Of a stretch of DNA of 64,000 bases, positions 42,675 through 52,591 are shown piece after piece (within the stretch, counting starts at the first letter, position 1; each line of letters begins with the position of its first letter). The notes below the pieces were generated by a model. The model worked only from the letters and a program-made list of their open reading frames with translations. It was not told the origin of the DNA and did not search any database. The stretch is from Nibricoccus sp. (lineage in GTDB: Bacteria > Verrucomicrobiota > Verrucomicrobiia > Opitutales > Opitutaceae), in assembly GCA_047602425.1 (NCBI GenBank), contig JASGHG010000001.1, positions 4,512,001-4,576,000 of the forward strand, written 5' to 3'. Position numbers and translations under genes: made by a program.

Positions 42675-43280
42675 TTAACCGAGGTCGTTGTCGGCGTTGA
42701 TGGCCTCGCTTTCGACCGAAAGAGCCAGTGTGCGTGCAACTTCCTCAGGTGCGGAAAGCAGAATTTTCGCGCCGGTGTCCCCGGAAAGTTTTTCAAGTTT
42801 GGAACGCAAGTCGGCCACCAAGGCGACCGGATGGCCGCGAAGCCCATGGTGAACCGGGATGATATTCTTCGCGCAGCCATGCTCGACAAAAGCGAGCGCC
42901 ACTTGGCTAACGATCGCCACGCTCATGTCTGGCAAATCGCCCGGACAAACGAGAAAGCCCTGGCAGGTTTGAGAGGCCGCCTGGACGCCAGCCGCGAGCG
43001 AATTTCCCATCCCGGACGCAAAACTGGGAGCATAAACCGTGTGTAGGGAAAGTCCGGATACAGCTTCCGCGACAGCGTCATGTTGATGGCCGGTTACGAC
43101 GATGACTTCCTGCAAACCAGCCGCCGCGAAAGCGGCCGCCACACAACGCACCACAGGAGTTCCATCGCGACCGGGCAGAAGAAGTTTGTTGTAAGGGGCG
43201 GCGCGACGGGACAAACCCGCGGCCAGAATAATTCCGGCCAGGCGCGGCGCTTTTTTTTCCAACTGAATGGATTGTGGCAT
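42675..43280 (-). CDS. MocA-like molybdenum cofactor cytidylyltransferase
   Basis: ILAAGLSRR, NKLLL, PGDLP, GHPV, GDTGA; lies in a Mo-enzyme operon. Confidence 0.85.
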   Translation of the reverse strand: MPQSIQLEKKAPRLAGIILAAGLSRRAAPYNKLLLPGRDGTPVVRCVAAAFAAAGLQEVIVVTGHQHDAVAEAVSGLSLHTVYAPSFASGMGNSLAAGVQAASQTCQGFLVCPGDLPDMSVAIVSQVALAFVEHGCAKNIIPVHHGLRGHPVALVADLRSKLEKLSGDTGAKILLSAPEEVARTLALSVESEAINADNDLG

Positions 43281-43289
43281 GGGAAACGG

Positions 43290-44330
43290 TTAAGCCCAGA
43301 TTCCGCGGCTGGCCTGAGAACGAACGATGCCAGCCAGCATGCCAATCGCGATACCGACGGCATCCGATGCGCCCAAACGAAGGCCGGCGGGACCTTCGAT
43401 TCTTTTAAGTTCGGTTTCAGCGACGCCCAGCAATTTCAAGCGGTCCAATCTCATCGCGTGACTGCGCTGACTGCCGAGAGCGCCAATATAGCCAATCGGG
43501 GTTTTGAGCAAAGCGACCAACGCGGGATCGTCGATTTTCGGGTCGTGGCTGAGAACGAGCGCGGCATCGCGGTGGGTGGGCGAAAATGTGGAGAAATCCT
43601 CCGGCCAGGCGTTAATGAGTTGCGCGGGTGCGATGGAAAAGCGCTCCGAACTTGCGTAGTAGCGCCGCGGGTCGATGACGATGCAGACGAAACCCGCGTT
43701 TTGCGCGAGGGCGACAAGATGGGCGGCGGTATCGACCGCGCCGACAATGAAAAGCCGCGGAGAACGAACCAGGGTTCTGATAAAAAAAGGCGTTCTACCG
43801 AACGTATCGAAAGTACTAACGGCTTCTTCGGCCAGACGAGTCTTCGCCCGATCGAGTTCCTCGGACGAAAATGCGCCGCGGGCGCCGGCGGAGTGGCCTG
43901 CGAGGTCGAAGCCAAAGTGTTGGTCCCCGCGCGAAAGAATCACGGCGTTGGCATCGGAGCGAAGCCAGGAGTGAATTTGCAGCGCGAGCGCTTTCATTTC
44001 CGGTTGCGGCTGGTTGGCGAACCATGGGTCTAAGCGCACCTCCACGTATCCGCCGCAACTCAAACCATCCTGCCAGAGAGGCGTTCCGTCCGGCCCGAAA
44101 CGCATGACGCGATGGGTGCCGCTTGCCTGGACTTCTGTTGCAGCCGCAATCACCTCGTTGTCGAGACAGCCGGCGCTGACAGAGCCGGCAAAACGATCAC
44201 CGGTGGCGGAAACGAGCAGGGAAGAGCCGGGTGCCCGCGGGGTGCTGCCTTCGGTGCGCATCACACTGGCGATGACAAAAGGTTCGCCGCGTTCGATCCA
44301 ATCCAGTAGTTGCTTTCGAAAACCGGGCAT
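43290..44330 (-). CDS. xdhC: XdhC/CoxI accessory protein
   Basis: GSTPRAPG, GSVSAGC, LSCGG, SHDPKID, YIGALGS. Confidence 0.88.
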   Translation of the reverse strand: MPGFRKQLLDWIERGEPFVIASVMRTEGSTPRAPGSSLLVSATGDRFAGSVSAGCLDNEVIAAATEVQASGTHRVMRFGPDGTPLWQDGLSCGGYVEVRLDPWFANQPQPEMKALALQIHSWLRSDANAVILSRGDQHFGFDLAGHSAGARGAFSSEELDRAKTRLAEEAVSTFDTFGRTPFFIRTLVRSPRLFIVGAVDTAAHLVALAQNAGFVCIVIDPRRYYASSERFSIAPAQLINAWPEDFSTFSPTHRDAALVLSHDPKIDDPALVALLKTPIGYIGALGSQRSHAMRLDRLKLLGVAETELKRIEGPAGLRLGASDAVGIAIGMLAGIVRSQASRGIWA

Positions 44331-44345
44331 TTGTTCGTGTGCAAG

Positions 44346-46532
44346 CTAGGTGGCGGCTGTCGCGAGCGCTTTTTTCACGCGCTCCGGAGTCATTGGAAGA
44401 TCGAGCAGGCGGGCGCCGGTGGCATCGTAAACCGCGTTCGCAAGGATGGCGCCCATCAGAATAATCGCAGGCTCGCCGCCACCCTGGGGAGGAGCGTCGT
44501 CGGCGTCGAGAATCACGGTTTCGATCTTGGGCACCCAGGAGAAACGCGGGAGCTGGTAGCTGTCGAAATTAGTATCGTTGAGCACACCGGCCTCGAAATG
44601 GATTTCTTCGGTGAGCGCATAACCAAGGCCCATGGTGATGCACCCCTCCATTTGGAGTTTGGCCCCAGCGGGATTGACCACGAGGCCCATTTCCTGGGCG
44701 CAAAGCACGCGTTTAACCGTGATTTTGCCGTCGTTTTTATCGACGGCGACTTCCGCGATCGAGGCCACCACAGTGCCGGCGTCCGAACCGCAAGCTACAC
44801 CCAAACCACGGCCGCTGCGACCGACGGCGGGAGTCCAACCCCAGCTTTTGGCGGCGGCTTCGAGGACGCGACGCAGACGCGGGTCGGTGAGATGTCGCAA
44901 TCGAAATTCGATCGGGTCGACACCAGCGAGCTCCGCCAATCGTGAGATATGCGATTCGCGGGCAAAAGCATTGGTGTTGCAACCGGGAGCGCGCCACGCG
45001 CCGATGTTGAACGGATGGACGCCTGCAGGGCCGTTGAAATTACCGACGGACGATACGCGATGGTTCGGTATATCGTATAAAACATCGCCGCCGCGATCGC
45101 CGGCGAAGCGTACTTCGTAGTCCCACAAAATCATGCGCCCACTTTCATCGAGGCCGGATTTTATATTTACGACGGCAGCGGGGCGAAAGGTGTCGTTGAA
45201 AAACTCCTCTTCGCGCGTCCACATAACCATGACGGGCTTGCCCGCGGCCTTCGAGAGAAGGGCGGCCTCGACGGCCTGGCGATTGGCCGACTTGCCGCCA
45301 AAACCGCCTCCGACATGGGGTGTGATCACGCGCACACTCGTTGTTGGCAGGCCAAGGGCTTTGGCGATTTCCTCACGTGCACCGAACGGATTCTGCGTGG
45401 ACGCCCAGACTGTGGCATTCTTCTCCTCGACGTTTGCCAGCGCGGTATGTGTTTCCATTGGCGCATGGGCAACGTAGGCGTTTCGGTAAGTGGCCTCGAG
45501 CGTGCGGGCTGGTTTGGTTTGTCTCGGATCGATGGTTCCTGCCTGCTTGACAACGCGAACGGGAACCTGCGCCTGCGTGAGATGATCGTAGATGTTTTTG
45601 TCGTCCAGCGTCGAGGGCGACGGAGCGTATTCGGCGCGAATTTTTGCGAGCGCTTCTTCGGCCACTTCAGGCAGCGCATGGAGCACGGCGATCAAATCGG
45701 TTTGCTCGACCACCACCGTTTCAGCGATTGCCCGTGCGGCCGACGTATCGACATTCAGAATACGCGCGCCGTGGGCCGGGGGACGAAGCACTCGGGCGTA
45801 AAGCATCCCAGGCAGGCGAAGATCGCCGGTGTAGCGGGCTTTGCCGGTGACTTTGTCGCGTGCGTCGCGGCGAAGAAGCGGCTTCCCGGCGATTTTGAAC
45901 TGCGATGGTTTCTTTAGGTCGGGTTTTACCTCGAGATGGCGTTCGATCTTTTTCCCTTTTGTGAGTTTTCCGTAACTGATGCTTCGCGACGGGTCTTTCA
46001 AGTCGATCACGAGACCATCGCGAGTGATGAGTTGATCGGCGGGAACCTGAAGCGCCTCGGCTCCGAGGAGGATCAATACACTCCGAGCTTCAGTCGCGGC
46101 GGCGCGCAGGAGCGGTCCGAAAGCGCGTGTCGTCAAACTGCCCCAAGTGCCGGCATCAAAGGGGCAAAGTTCGGTGTCACCCATGACAATATCGATGCTG
46201 TCGACGGGGACATCCAAATCCTCCGCGAGCATTTGTGGGAGCGACGTGATCGGGCCCTGACCCATTTCGATCTTGCCGGTGAAACACGTTACGCGTCCAT
46301 CTTCGCCAATGCTGAGGAAGGCGTTGAAATCGGTTGGAATTTTTGGCCGGGTCGTGAGCGGTCTGGCTGCTTCCGAGACTTCGGCGCCGAAACCGAAGGA
46401 AGGACTAAGCGCCACATAAACCATTAAACCTGCACCAAGACGCTTGAGAAACTCCCGGCGCGAAGGCAGGCTGGCCATTAGGTCGGAAGGCTGACCCGAA
46501 TGAATTTCGTCAGGCAGAAAATGAGTGCTCAT
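44346..46532 (-). CDS. Molybdopterin-binding large subunit, xanthine oxidase family (IorB-like), with Tat signal
   Basis: SRREFLK, EMGQG, AHAPME, GGGFGG, WRAPG, GGGEP. Confidence 0.9.
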   Translation of the reverse strand: MSTHFLPDEIHSGQPSDLMASLPSRREFLKRLGAGLMVYVALSPSFGFGAEVSEAARPLTTRPKIPTDFNAFLSIGEDGRVTCFTGKIEMGQGPITSLPQMLAEDLDVPVDSIDIVMGDTELCPFDAGTWGSLTTRAFGPLLRAAATEARSVLILLGAEALQVPADQLITRDGLVIDLKDPSRSISYGKLTKGKKIERHLEVKPDLKKPSQFKIAGKPLLRRDARDKVTGKARYTGDLRLPGMLYARVLRPPAHGARILNVDTSAARAIAETVVVEQTDLIAVLHALPEVAEEALAKIRAEYAPSPSTLDDKNIYDHLTQAQVPVRVVKQAGTIDPRQTKPARTLEATYRNAYVAHAPMETHTALANVEEKNATVWASTQNPFGAREEIAKALGLPTTSVRVITPHVGGGFGGKSANRQAVEAALLSKAAGKPVMVMWTREEEFFNDTFRPAAVVNIKSGLDESGRMILWDYEVRFAGDRGGDVLYDIPNHRVSSVGNFNGPAGVHPFNIGAWRAPGCNTNAFARESHISRLAELAGVDPIEFRLRHLTDPRLRRVLEAAAKSWGWTPAVGRSGRGLGVACGSDAGTVVASIAEVAVDKNDGKITVKRVLCAQEMGLVVNPAGAKLQMEGCITMGLGYALTEEIHFEAGVLNDTNFDSYQLPRFSWVPKIETVILDADDAPPQGGGEPAIILMGAILANAVYDATGARLLDLPMTPERVKKALATAAT

Positions 46533-47011
46533 GACTTGATTTCTCCTCTCATGGCAGCGGCGGCTTCAAGGATCGCGTCGACGATTCTCGCGTGAGCGCC
46601 GCAGCGGCAAAGGTTGTCGTTCATCCCGGCGATCACTTTTTCGCGCGTGGGATTTGGGTTCTTCTGCAGCAAGCTGTAGGCTGTGAGAATCATGCCGGGA
46701 GTGCAGAAGCCGCATTGCAGGGCATCGTGCGCGACGAAAGCTTTTTGCAGCGGGTGCAGTTCGCCGTCTTTCGCGAGTCCCTCGATGGTGACGACGTCTT
46801 TTCCTGCGATGGTGCCAACTTCAATCGAGCAGGAGCGCTCGGCGCGCTGATCGACGAGCACAGTGCAGGCGCCGCATTTGTCGATACCGCAGCCGAATTT
46901 TGGACCGGTGATTGCGAGATCGGTGCGAAGAACCCAAAGCAGCGCGCGATCGGGTTCTGCTTGGACTTCGACCGGCTGCCCATTGAGCCGGAAGGAAATG
47001 GTCTTTTGCAT
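46529..47011 (-). CDS. 2Fe-2S small subunit (IorA/CoxS-like)
   Basis: GCGIDKCGAC, QCGFCTPG, NLCRCG. Confidence 0.93.
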   Translation of the reverse strand: MQKTISFRLNGQPVEVQAEPDRALLWVLRTDLAITGPKFGCGIDKCGACTVLVDQRAERSCSIEVGTIAGKDVVTIEGLAKDGELHPLQKAFVAHDALQCGFCTPGMILTAYSLLQKNPNPTREKVIAGMNDNLCRCGAHARIVDAILEAAAAMRGEIKS

Positions 47012-47150
47012 GACGGGGCTTGATTGAAGACGAGGTTTTCCCGTGACCGCTGAATGCGCGGCACAGATGGGGACGGCAAACCTTGTCGTTTTTTCGCCCG
47101 AGCGCGAGCCCGGTTCATGTATTCTCCGCTGACCAGTAAGACCGGAGATC

Positions 47151-47762
47151 TCAGCTCAGCGCTTTTTTGATCAGTTGCTCGGTCGTGGCGGTCGGACCGA
47201 GGGCCAGCGTGGCCCGTCGGATCGCGGTATCGGCGTCGGCGGCTTTGTAACCGAGAGCGGTCAACGCGAGAATGGCGTCGTGCAGGCGGGTTTCGCCTTT
47301 AGGTGCGGCATCAGGTTCGGTGCCGGCCGCCAGCGTGGCGGCGTCGATATTGCCGGTGGCGCCAACCTTGGCGCGAAGCTCAACGACAAGTCGTTCGGCG
47401 GTCTTTTTGCCGATGCCGGGGCATTTCGAAAGCGTGGCAACATCGCCGCTGCGAATCGCTCCTTCAAGCGACGCAAGCGAGAGTTTGCTCATGATCGTGA
47501 GCGCGCTCTTCGGCCCGATGCCGGTGACGTTTTCGATCATCAGGCGAAAAAAGTCGCGATCGGCCGTCGTGGCGAACCCGTAGAGCGTCTGTGCGTCCTC
47601 ACGATAAATGACGAGGGTGTGGAGTTTTACGACGGTGCCGTTAGGCGGAAGTTTTTCCGCGGTCGTGACCGGGATGTTCACCTCATAGCCGAACCCGTTG
47701 ACTTCGACAATGGCGCGGAGCGGATTGGATTCCGCCAGGGTGCCTTGGATGGAAGTGATCAT
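47151..47762 (-). CDS. ruvA: Holliday junction branch migration protein RuvA
   Basis: GFGYEV, REDAQTLYGF, GIGPKSA, PGIGKKTAERL, LTALGY. Confidence 0.95.
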   Translation of the reverse strand: MITSIQGTLAESNPLRAIVEVNGFGYEVNIPVTTAEKLPPNGTVVKLHTLVIYREDAQTLYGFATTADRDFFRLMIENVTGIGPKSALTIMSKLSLASLEGAIRSGDVATLSKCPGIGKKTAERLVVELRAKVGATGNIDAATLAAGTEPDAAPKGETRLHDAILALTALGYKAADADTAIRRATLALGPTATTEQLIKKALS

Positions 47763-47769
47763 GAGGGAA

Positions 47770-47845
47770 TAGTGAGTAGTTTAGTTGGTAGATAGTAGTT
47801 AGTACGGGCTCAATATCTACTATCTACTAGATGCTAAATACCAGC
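47770..47845. repeat. Degenerate heptamer tract with an 11-bp inverted repeat
   Basis: GTAGATAGTAG (47788-47798) is the reverse complement of CTACTATCTAC (47817-47827). Confidence 0.6.
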
Positions 47846-48576
47846 TACTTCAGGCCGAGCACATCCTGCATGTCATAAACGCCGGGCGTGCGTGAAATGA
47901 GCCAGTGGGCGGCGCGGAGGGATCCGCGGGCAAAAATGTTGCGATCGGAGGCCTTGTGCGTGAGTTCGACGCGTTCGCCGAGCGCGGCAAACATCACGGT
48001 ATGGTCGCCGATGACATCGCCGCCGCGGAGAGCGTGAATGCCGACCTCAGTGGGCGTGCGTTCGCCGGTGATGCCTTCGCGTCCGTGACGGAGCGCTTCG
48101 GCGGTGAGCTTGCGTTCTTCGAGAATGATTTCGAGCAGGCGGGCGGCGGTACCGCTGGGCGCGTCCTTTTTGAAGCGGTGATGCATCTCGATGACCTCGG
48201 TGTCGTAGTCGGCGCCGAGGACTTGCGTGGCGCGATGGGTGAGGGCGAAGAGAAGATTAACACCGACGGAATAATTGCCCGACCAGACGCAGGGAATTTT
48301 CGCGGCTTCCTTGAGCAGCGTGGCCTTTTCCTCAGCGGAATGGCCGGTGGTGCCGATCACGAGCGGTTTTTTTGCCGCGGTGCAGAGGCGAATGACCTCG
48401 GCGGTCGTCTTGTGAAAACTAAAGTCGATGACCGCATCCGCTTTTTGAATACCGGTGGCAAGGTCGTCGCCTTGGTCCATTGGCCAGGCGATGACGGCCC
48501 CCGTGGCGGGAGCGGCGGCGGTGATGGCCTGGCCCATGCGGCCCTTGGCTCCGACGAGTGCGATTTGGAGGGGCAT
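47845..48576 (-). CDS. dapB: 4-hydroxy-tetrahydrodipicolinate reductase
   Basis: GAKGRMG, IDFS, IGTTG, EMHHRFKKDAPSGTA. Confidence 0.95.
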   Translation of the reverse strand: MPLQIALVGAKGRMGQAITAAAPATGAVIAWPMDQGDDLATGIQKADAVIDFSFHKTTAEVIRLCTAAKKPLVIGTTGHSAEEKATLLKEAAKIPCVWSGNYSVGVNLLFALTHRATQVLGADYDTEVIEMHHRFKKDAPSGTAARLLEIILEERKLTAEALRHGREGITGERTPTEVGIHALRGGDVIGDHTVMFAALGERVELTHKASDRNIFARGSLRAAHWLISRTPGVYDMQDVLGLK

Positions 48577-48583
48577 GATGGTT

Positions 48584-49474
48584 TTACTTGAGACCGAGCG
48601 GGGCGAGGCTGGCGAGGAGGGTTTCGCGATTGGCCTTGGTCATTTCGCAGAGCGGCGAGCGAACCTCGTCGGAGGCGATGCGACCGATGTGGGCTAGGGC
48701 GGTTTTCACCGGAACGGGATTGGGTTCGATGAAAAGCGTCTTGAAGACCGGATAGAGCTTCCGGTGGATCTTCGTGGCCTTGGCGAATTCGTCGGCGAGG
48801 GCGAGCTCGGTGAGCTGCGCGATTTCCTTTGGGAAAAGATTGGAGGCGACGCTGATCACGCCTTCGGCGCCGACCGACATGAAAGGCAGAGTAAGGCTGT
48901 CGTCGCCGCTGAGCACCGTGATGTCCTTGCCCATGGCTTGCTTGAGCTGGTCAACGCGATCCACAGAACCGCCTGCTTCCTTAATGTAGCGAACGTGCGG
49001 ATACTTTGCGCGAAGGCTTTCGATCACAGGCACGCCGATTTCGATGCCGCAGCGTCCGGGAATCGAATAAAGGATGATCGGCTTGTCAGTGGTTTCGGCG
49101 AGCTCGGAGAAATGACGGAACAGACCCGCCTGACTGGGCTTATTATAGTAAGGCGCGACGATCAACATGGCGTCGGCACCGGCATCGTGAGAAAGCTTGG
49201 TCAATTCGACGGCTTCGTGCGTGGAATTTGATCCTGTGCCCGCGATGACGGGAACGCGGCCACGCGAAACCTCAATGGTCGTGCGGATGACGTCCATGTG
49301 TTCCTCGTAAGAAAGGGTGGGCGATTCCCCCGTGGTTCCGACAGGAACCAGACCATGGATGCCCGCCTTGATCTGGGCCTCTACGAGCTTGCGCAGGTCG
49401 TCAAAAGCGACGGAACCGTTCTTGAACGGAGTAATAAGGGCGGTGATGGCACCAGTGAGCGGTCGGAGTTTCAT
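48584..49474 (-). CDS. dapA: 4-hydroxy-tetrahydrodipicolinate synthase
   Basis: GTTGES, PYYNKP, YSIPGR, IKEA, SGDD, PNPVPVK. Confidence 0.95.
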   Translation of the reverse strand: MKLRPLTGAITALITPFKNGSVAFDDLRKLVEAQIKAGIHGLVPVGTTGESPTLSYEEHMDVIRTTIEVSRGRVPVIAGTGSNSTHEAVELTKLSHDAGADAMLIVAPYYNKPSQAGLFRHFSELAETTDKPIILYSIPGRCGIEIGVPVIESLRAKYPHVRYIKEAGGSVDRVDQLKQAMGKDITVLSGDDSLTLPFMSVGAEGVISVASNLFPKEIAQLTELALADEFAKATKIHRKLYPVFKTLFIEPNPVPVKTALAHIGRIASDEVRSPLCEMTKANRETLLASLAPLGLK

Positions 49475-49556
49475 TTAGCGTTTACAGGAAGATACCTTGC
49501 ACATCAAACCAGTCCTATTTACCAAAGGCGCAAGGTTTTTTAGCCTGTATTCCCCC

Positions 49557-50645
49557 ATGTCGTTACATACTGAAATCTTCAATGACCTGTTAAAACTCGC
49601 GGTCGAGAGCGGCGCCAGCGATGTCGTGGTGAAATCCAACAAACCCGGCTACGTCCGTCTATCGGGTCGTTTGAAACCCGTCGACATGGACCCGATCGCC
49701 GGCACCGAAGCGCAAGCTTTCGTCGACGACCATGTTCCGCGCATCTTCAAGCAGCAGTGGGAAACCCTCGGCCAGATCGACTTCGCCTATACGGCGGAGA
49801 ACATCGGCCGTTTCCGCGTAAACGCTTTTCACCAACGAGGAACAGTCAGCGTGGTGTTTCGTCACGTGAAGAGCCGCGTGCCGAGTTTCAAAGAGCTTAA
49901 CCTCGACGAAGAACCGCTCCTTAACCTCGCGAAAGCGAAAGATGGCATTCTCCTCATTTGCGGCGCGACCGGTGCGGGCAAAAGCTCCACCATGGCCGCT
50001 ATCCTTGACTGGGTTAACCACAACCACGACCGCCACATCGTGACCATCGAAGATCCGATCGAGTACACGTTCCAAGACGACAAGTCCGTCTTTAACCAAC
50101 GTGAAATCGGCCTCGATGTGCCGGATTTCGCCACGGCGATCCGCTCGGTGCTCCGTCAAAATCCCGATATCATTCTGATCGGTGAAATGCGCGACCGCGA
50201 AACCTTCGAAACCGCCATCGCCGCCGCCGAAACCGGTCACTTGGTGCTTTCGACCATGCACGCCGCGACCGTGGCACAATCGCTCACGCGTCTCTTCGAA
50301 TTTTTCCCGCCCGAGCAGCAGCAGAGCGCCCGCCGACAGATTTCCGGCTCGATCTGCGGTATCGTTTGTCAGCGCTTGATTCCTGCGCTGGAAGGCGGCG
50401 GTCGCATCCCGGCCACGGAAATTCTCAATGCCGATGCCACGATCAAAACCCTGATCCTCGAAGGCAAATTCGAGAAAATTCAGAGCCTGCTCGAAAGCAC
50501 CGGCGACACGAAAACCTATTCGTTCAACAAAGACCTTTACCGCCTCGTGAAGGCGGGTCTCATCAGTAAAGCCGATGCACTGCGGTTTTCGCCAAATCCG
50601 CAGGCGCTCGACATGAATCTAAAAGGCATCTTTATTACCGCTTAG
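49557..50645 (+). CDS. PilT/PilU-family type IV pilus ATPase
   Basis: GATGAGKS, TIEDPIEY, QREIG, LRQNPD...GEMRD, AAETGHLVLSTMH. Confidence 0.9.
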   Translation: MSLHTEIFNDLLKLAVESGASDVVVKSNKPGYVRLSGRLKPVDMDPIAGTEAQAFVDDHVPRIFKQQWETLGQIDFAYTAENIGRFRVNAFHQRGTVSVVFRHVKSRVPSFKELNLDEEPLLNLAKAKDGILLICGATGAGKSSTMAAILDWVNHNHDRHIVTIEDPIEYTFQDDKSVFNQREIGLDVPDFATAIRSVLRQNPDIILIGEMRDRETFETAIAAAETGHLVLSTMHAATVAQSLTRLFEFFPPEQQQSARRQISGSICGIVCQRLIPALEGGGRIPATEILNADATIKTLILEGKFEKIQSLLESTGDTKTYSFNKDLYRLVKAGLISKADALRFSPNPQALDMNLKGIFITA

Positions 50646-50658
50646 CGCCACGAACCGC

Positions 50659-51558
50659 GTGGTGCGGCCTTTTGTGAAACGAAACCTCGCAGTTATCGCA
50701 GCCTTGGCGCTGTGCGCACTCGCGCACGGACAAACATCTTCGAGCAACTCGACCCAGTCTCCAGCGACCGGCGAAAACACCTTGGAATCTGCCCGTCGCG
50801 AGTTGAAGGAACTGCCTGCATTGGAACGCTCACGCGACGTACTCGGCAAACACCCCGGCCTCGGCTCCGCCGGACTGCCCACGCTCACGCTGCCCGGAGA
50901 CGCGGGCAACTCCACCGCGCGACCCGACCCTGATAAGCCAATTTCAACCAACTGGTTACAGGATGCTTTGAACCAGACCGACGCCGAGGCCGCCACCCGC
51001 CGCCGGTCGAACGATTCCTCCCTCGTACACGAGCGCGACCAAGGAGGCGGTTACAAACCCGTTGAGGCTCCAAATCCCTTGGGACAATTCATGGCGCAAT
51101 GGATTTCGCCGCGCGATCTTGAGCTTTTGCAGGCTGGCCAAGACACGAAAAAATCCAACGGAGCGACCGACCCCTTCGTTAAATCTTGGGAGCCCTTGCG
51201 CCCTGCGGGATATCAAAGTCCGATCACCGATGTTGCTCGTAGCCCGTTGTCCGAACCAAACGACACGCCCCTCGTTCCGATTCTGGCAGCGCCTCGAAAT
51301 CCTTACATCGAAGAGCCCGATTCAACGCCGCCGCCGAGCCCGAATTTAATGCTTTCGCCGGCTGCGTTAGGCCGGCCTCAGCCGGATCGTTCCCGCGGCC
51401 CGGAATCACTTTCGTCTTTGCCTGTCGCGAGTCCGTCAGGCCCGAACCAGCCGGCCACTCTCAAACCCGCTGCCACGCCGGTTGCCGAACCACAGCGCCC
51501 GCCGACGGCTCCAATCGTCGACGACCGCAAATACTTCCCGCAACTTCGCCGGTTTTAG
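50659..51558 (+). CDS. Hypothetical exported Pro-rich protein
   Basis: Signal peptide (AHG), low-complexity body, ends KYFPQLRRF. Confidence 0.6.
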   Translation: MVRPFVKRNLAVIAALALCALAHGQTSSSNSTQSPATGENTLESARRELKELPALERSRDVLGKHPGLGSAGLPTLTLPGDAGNSTARPDPDKPISTNWLQDALNQTDAEAATRRRSNDSSLVHERDQGGGYKPVEAPNPLGQFMAQWISPRDLELLQAGQDTKKSNGATDPFVKSWEPLRPAGYQSPITDVARSPLSEPNDTPLVPILAAPRNPYIEEPDSTPPPSPNLMLSPAALGRPQPDRSRGPESLSSLPVASPSGPNQPATLKPAATPVAEPQRPPTAPIVDDRKYFPQLRRF

Positions 51559-51605
51559 GGCTTGGCCCCGCCGGTCGGGGACTTTACGAGTGTACCTTTT
51601 ATTTT

Positions 51606-52511
51606 ATGGCACTCGCACTTCTCTTCGCCGGTCAAGGCGCCCAAAAAGTCGGTATGGGCAAATCGCTCTACGAAAATTCCGCGGCTGCTCGCGCCCTCTA
51701 TGATGAGGCTAATCGCGTGCTGGGCTGGGACTTGACCAAGATCTCGTTCGAAGGTCCTGACGCTGAGCTCACGCAGACCAAAGTCTGTCAGCCCGCGCTT
51801 TTCGTGCACGGCCTCGCGCTGCACGCCGCGCTGAAAGAACAGGGCAAATTGCCTACCGTGAGCTACGCGCTCGGCTTGAGCTTGGGCGAAGTCACGGCGC
51901 TGACCGCCGCAGGCGTTTTTGATTTTTCGACCGGCTTGAAAGTCGTCGCCGAACGCGGTCGCCTCATGCAGGTCGCCTGCGAGCAAACCGTCGGCGGCAT
52001 GGCCGCCATCGTCGGCGAAGAGCGCAGCACCGTTGCGACGCTTTGCCAGGAATTCGACGTCGAAGCCGCGAATTTCAACGCTCCCGGCCAAATCATCATC
52101 TCCGGCGAAAAAGCCAAAATCGAAGCCGCCGTCGAAGCCGCTAAAGCCCGCGGCATCAAAAAGGCCATGGCGCTCAACGTCGCCGGTGCGTACCACAGCC
52201 GCTTGATGGTTCCAGCGCGCGATGCGTTCGCGAAGTTCCTTGAGACCGTAAAATTCAACGCTCCGCAATTCACCGTCTTCACCAACACCACCGGCAAAGC
52301 TGTCTCGAACCCCGACGACATCCGCGCCGCGCTGGTGAAACAAGTCGTGTCGTCCGTCCTCTGGGAAGACTGCATGCGCAGCGCTGTCGCCGCGGGTGCC
52401 ACGGAATTTCTCGAACTCGGCATGGGCGGCGTTCTCGCCGGTCTCGCCCGACGCACCGACAAAGCCTGGGTCGTCAAATCGATGGCCGAGTATTCGGACA
52501 CCACGGCTTGA
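51606..52511 (+). CDS. fabD: Malonyl-CoA:ACP transacylase
   Basis: FAGQGAQ, QPAL, GLSLGE, AGAYHS. Confidence 0.93.
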   Translation: MALALLFAGQGAQKVGMGKSLYENSAAARALYDEANRVLGWDLTKISFEGPDAELTQTKVCQPALFVHGLALHAALKEQGKLPTVSYALGLSLGEVTALTAAGVFDFSTGLKVVAERGRLMQVACEQTVGGMAAIVGEERSTVATLCQEFDVEAANFNAPGQIIISGEKAKIEAAVEAAKARGIKKAMALNVAGAYHSRLMVPARDAFAKFLETVKFNAPQFTVFTNTTGKAVSNPDDIRAALVKQVVSSVLWEDCMRSAVAAGATEFLELGMGGVLAGLARRTDKAWVVKSMAEYSDTTA

Positions 52512-52591
52512 AACCCGGCCGCAAGCCCGCACGCTAAGACCTTTTAAACTGTTAGCACCCGCCCGGGCGATGAGCCTTGGCGGGCCCTTGT

